Origin: Chiloscyllium plagiosum
Taxonomy: Eukaryota
DNA length: 64,000 bases
Assembly (NCBI RefSeq): GCF_004010195.1
Contig: NC_057749.1
Coordinates: forward strand, 11,820,839 to 11,884,838
Reading direction: 5' to 3'
This document shows positions 63,904 through 64,000 of the stretch, in pieces (positions within the stretch are counted from its first letter, which is position 1; each line of letters starts with the position of its first letter). The position numbers and the translations under genes were made by a program. Under the pieces are notes generated by a model. It was not told the origin of the DNA, did no database searches, and saw only the letters and a program-made list of their open reading frames with translations.

Positions 63904-64000
63904 GTGAGTAGAAGTGAGACTTTGTCTATGCAAATGTATCCTACATCTTTACACACTGCAAAACCTGAATATACACGGTTTCTCTTCCCTGAAGTGACTG

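Overview
Vertebrate genomic DNA, most likely from a shark (elasmobranch), judged from HE1-like tRNA-derived SINEs, CR1 LINEs and abundant Penelope-like elements (PLEs). The right half holds two tandem + strand multi-exon genes: MPHOSPH10 (11 visible coding exons, 37145-51421, with a 500-N gap in the intron 1/exon 2 region) and FAN1 (12 coding exons, 52882-63903, last exon outside the window). The left ~37 kb contains no recognisable host gene. It is a stack of nested mobile elements: a decayed Gypsy element and its solo LTRs, a decayed class I endogenous retrovirus (tRNA-Ser PBS, gag, RNase H/integrase, env), CR1 LINEs, PLEs, hAT and Tigger-type MITEs, SINEs and satellites. Most interesting signals: (1) more than 15 minimal hammerhead-ribozyme motifs in at least four covarying sequence variants, carried by PLE ends and palindromic non-autonomous PLE derivatives with 12-15 bp target-site duplications, several in sense orientation inside introns; (2) a FAN1 whose first exon lacks the UBZ4 zinc finger and instead encodes a Pro-Ala repeat built from CCCCGG hexamers. 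All coordinates were read by eye, and repeat boundaries are approximate.
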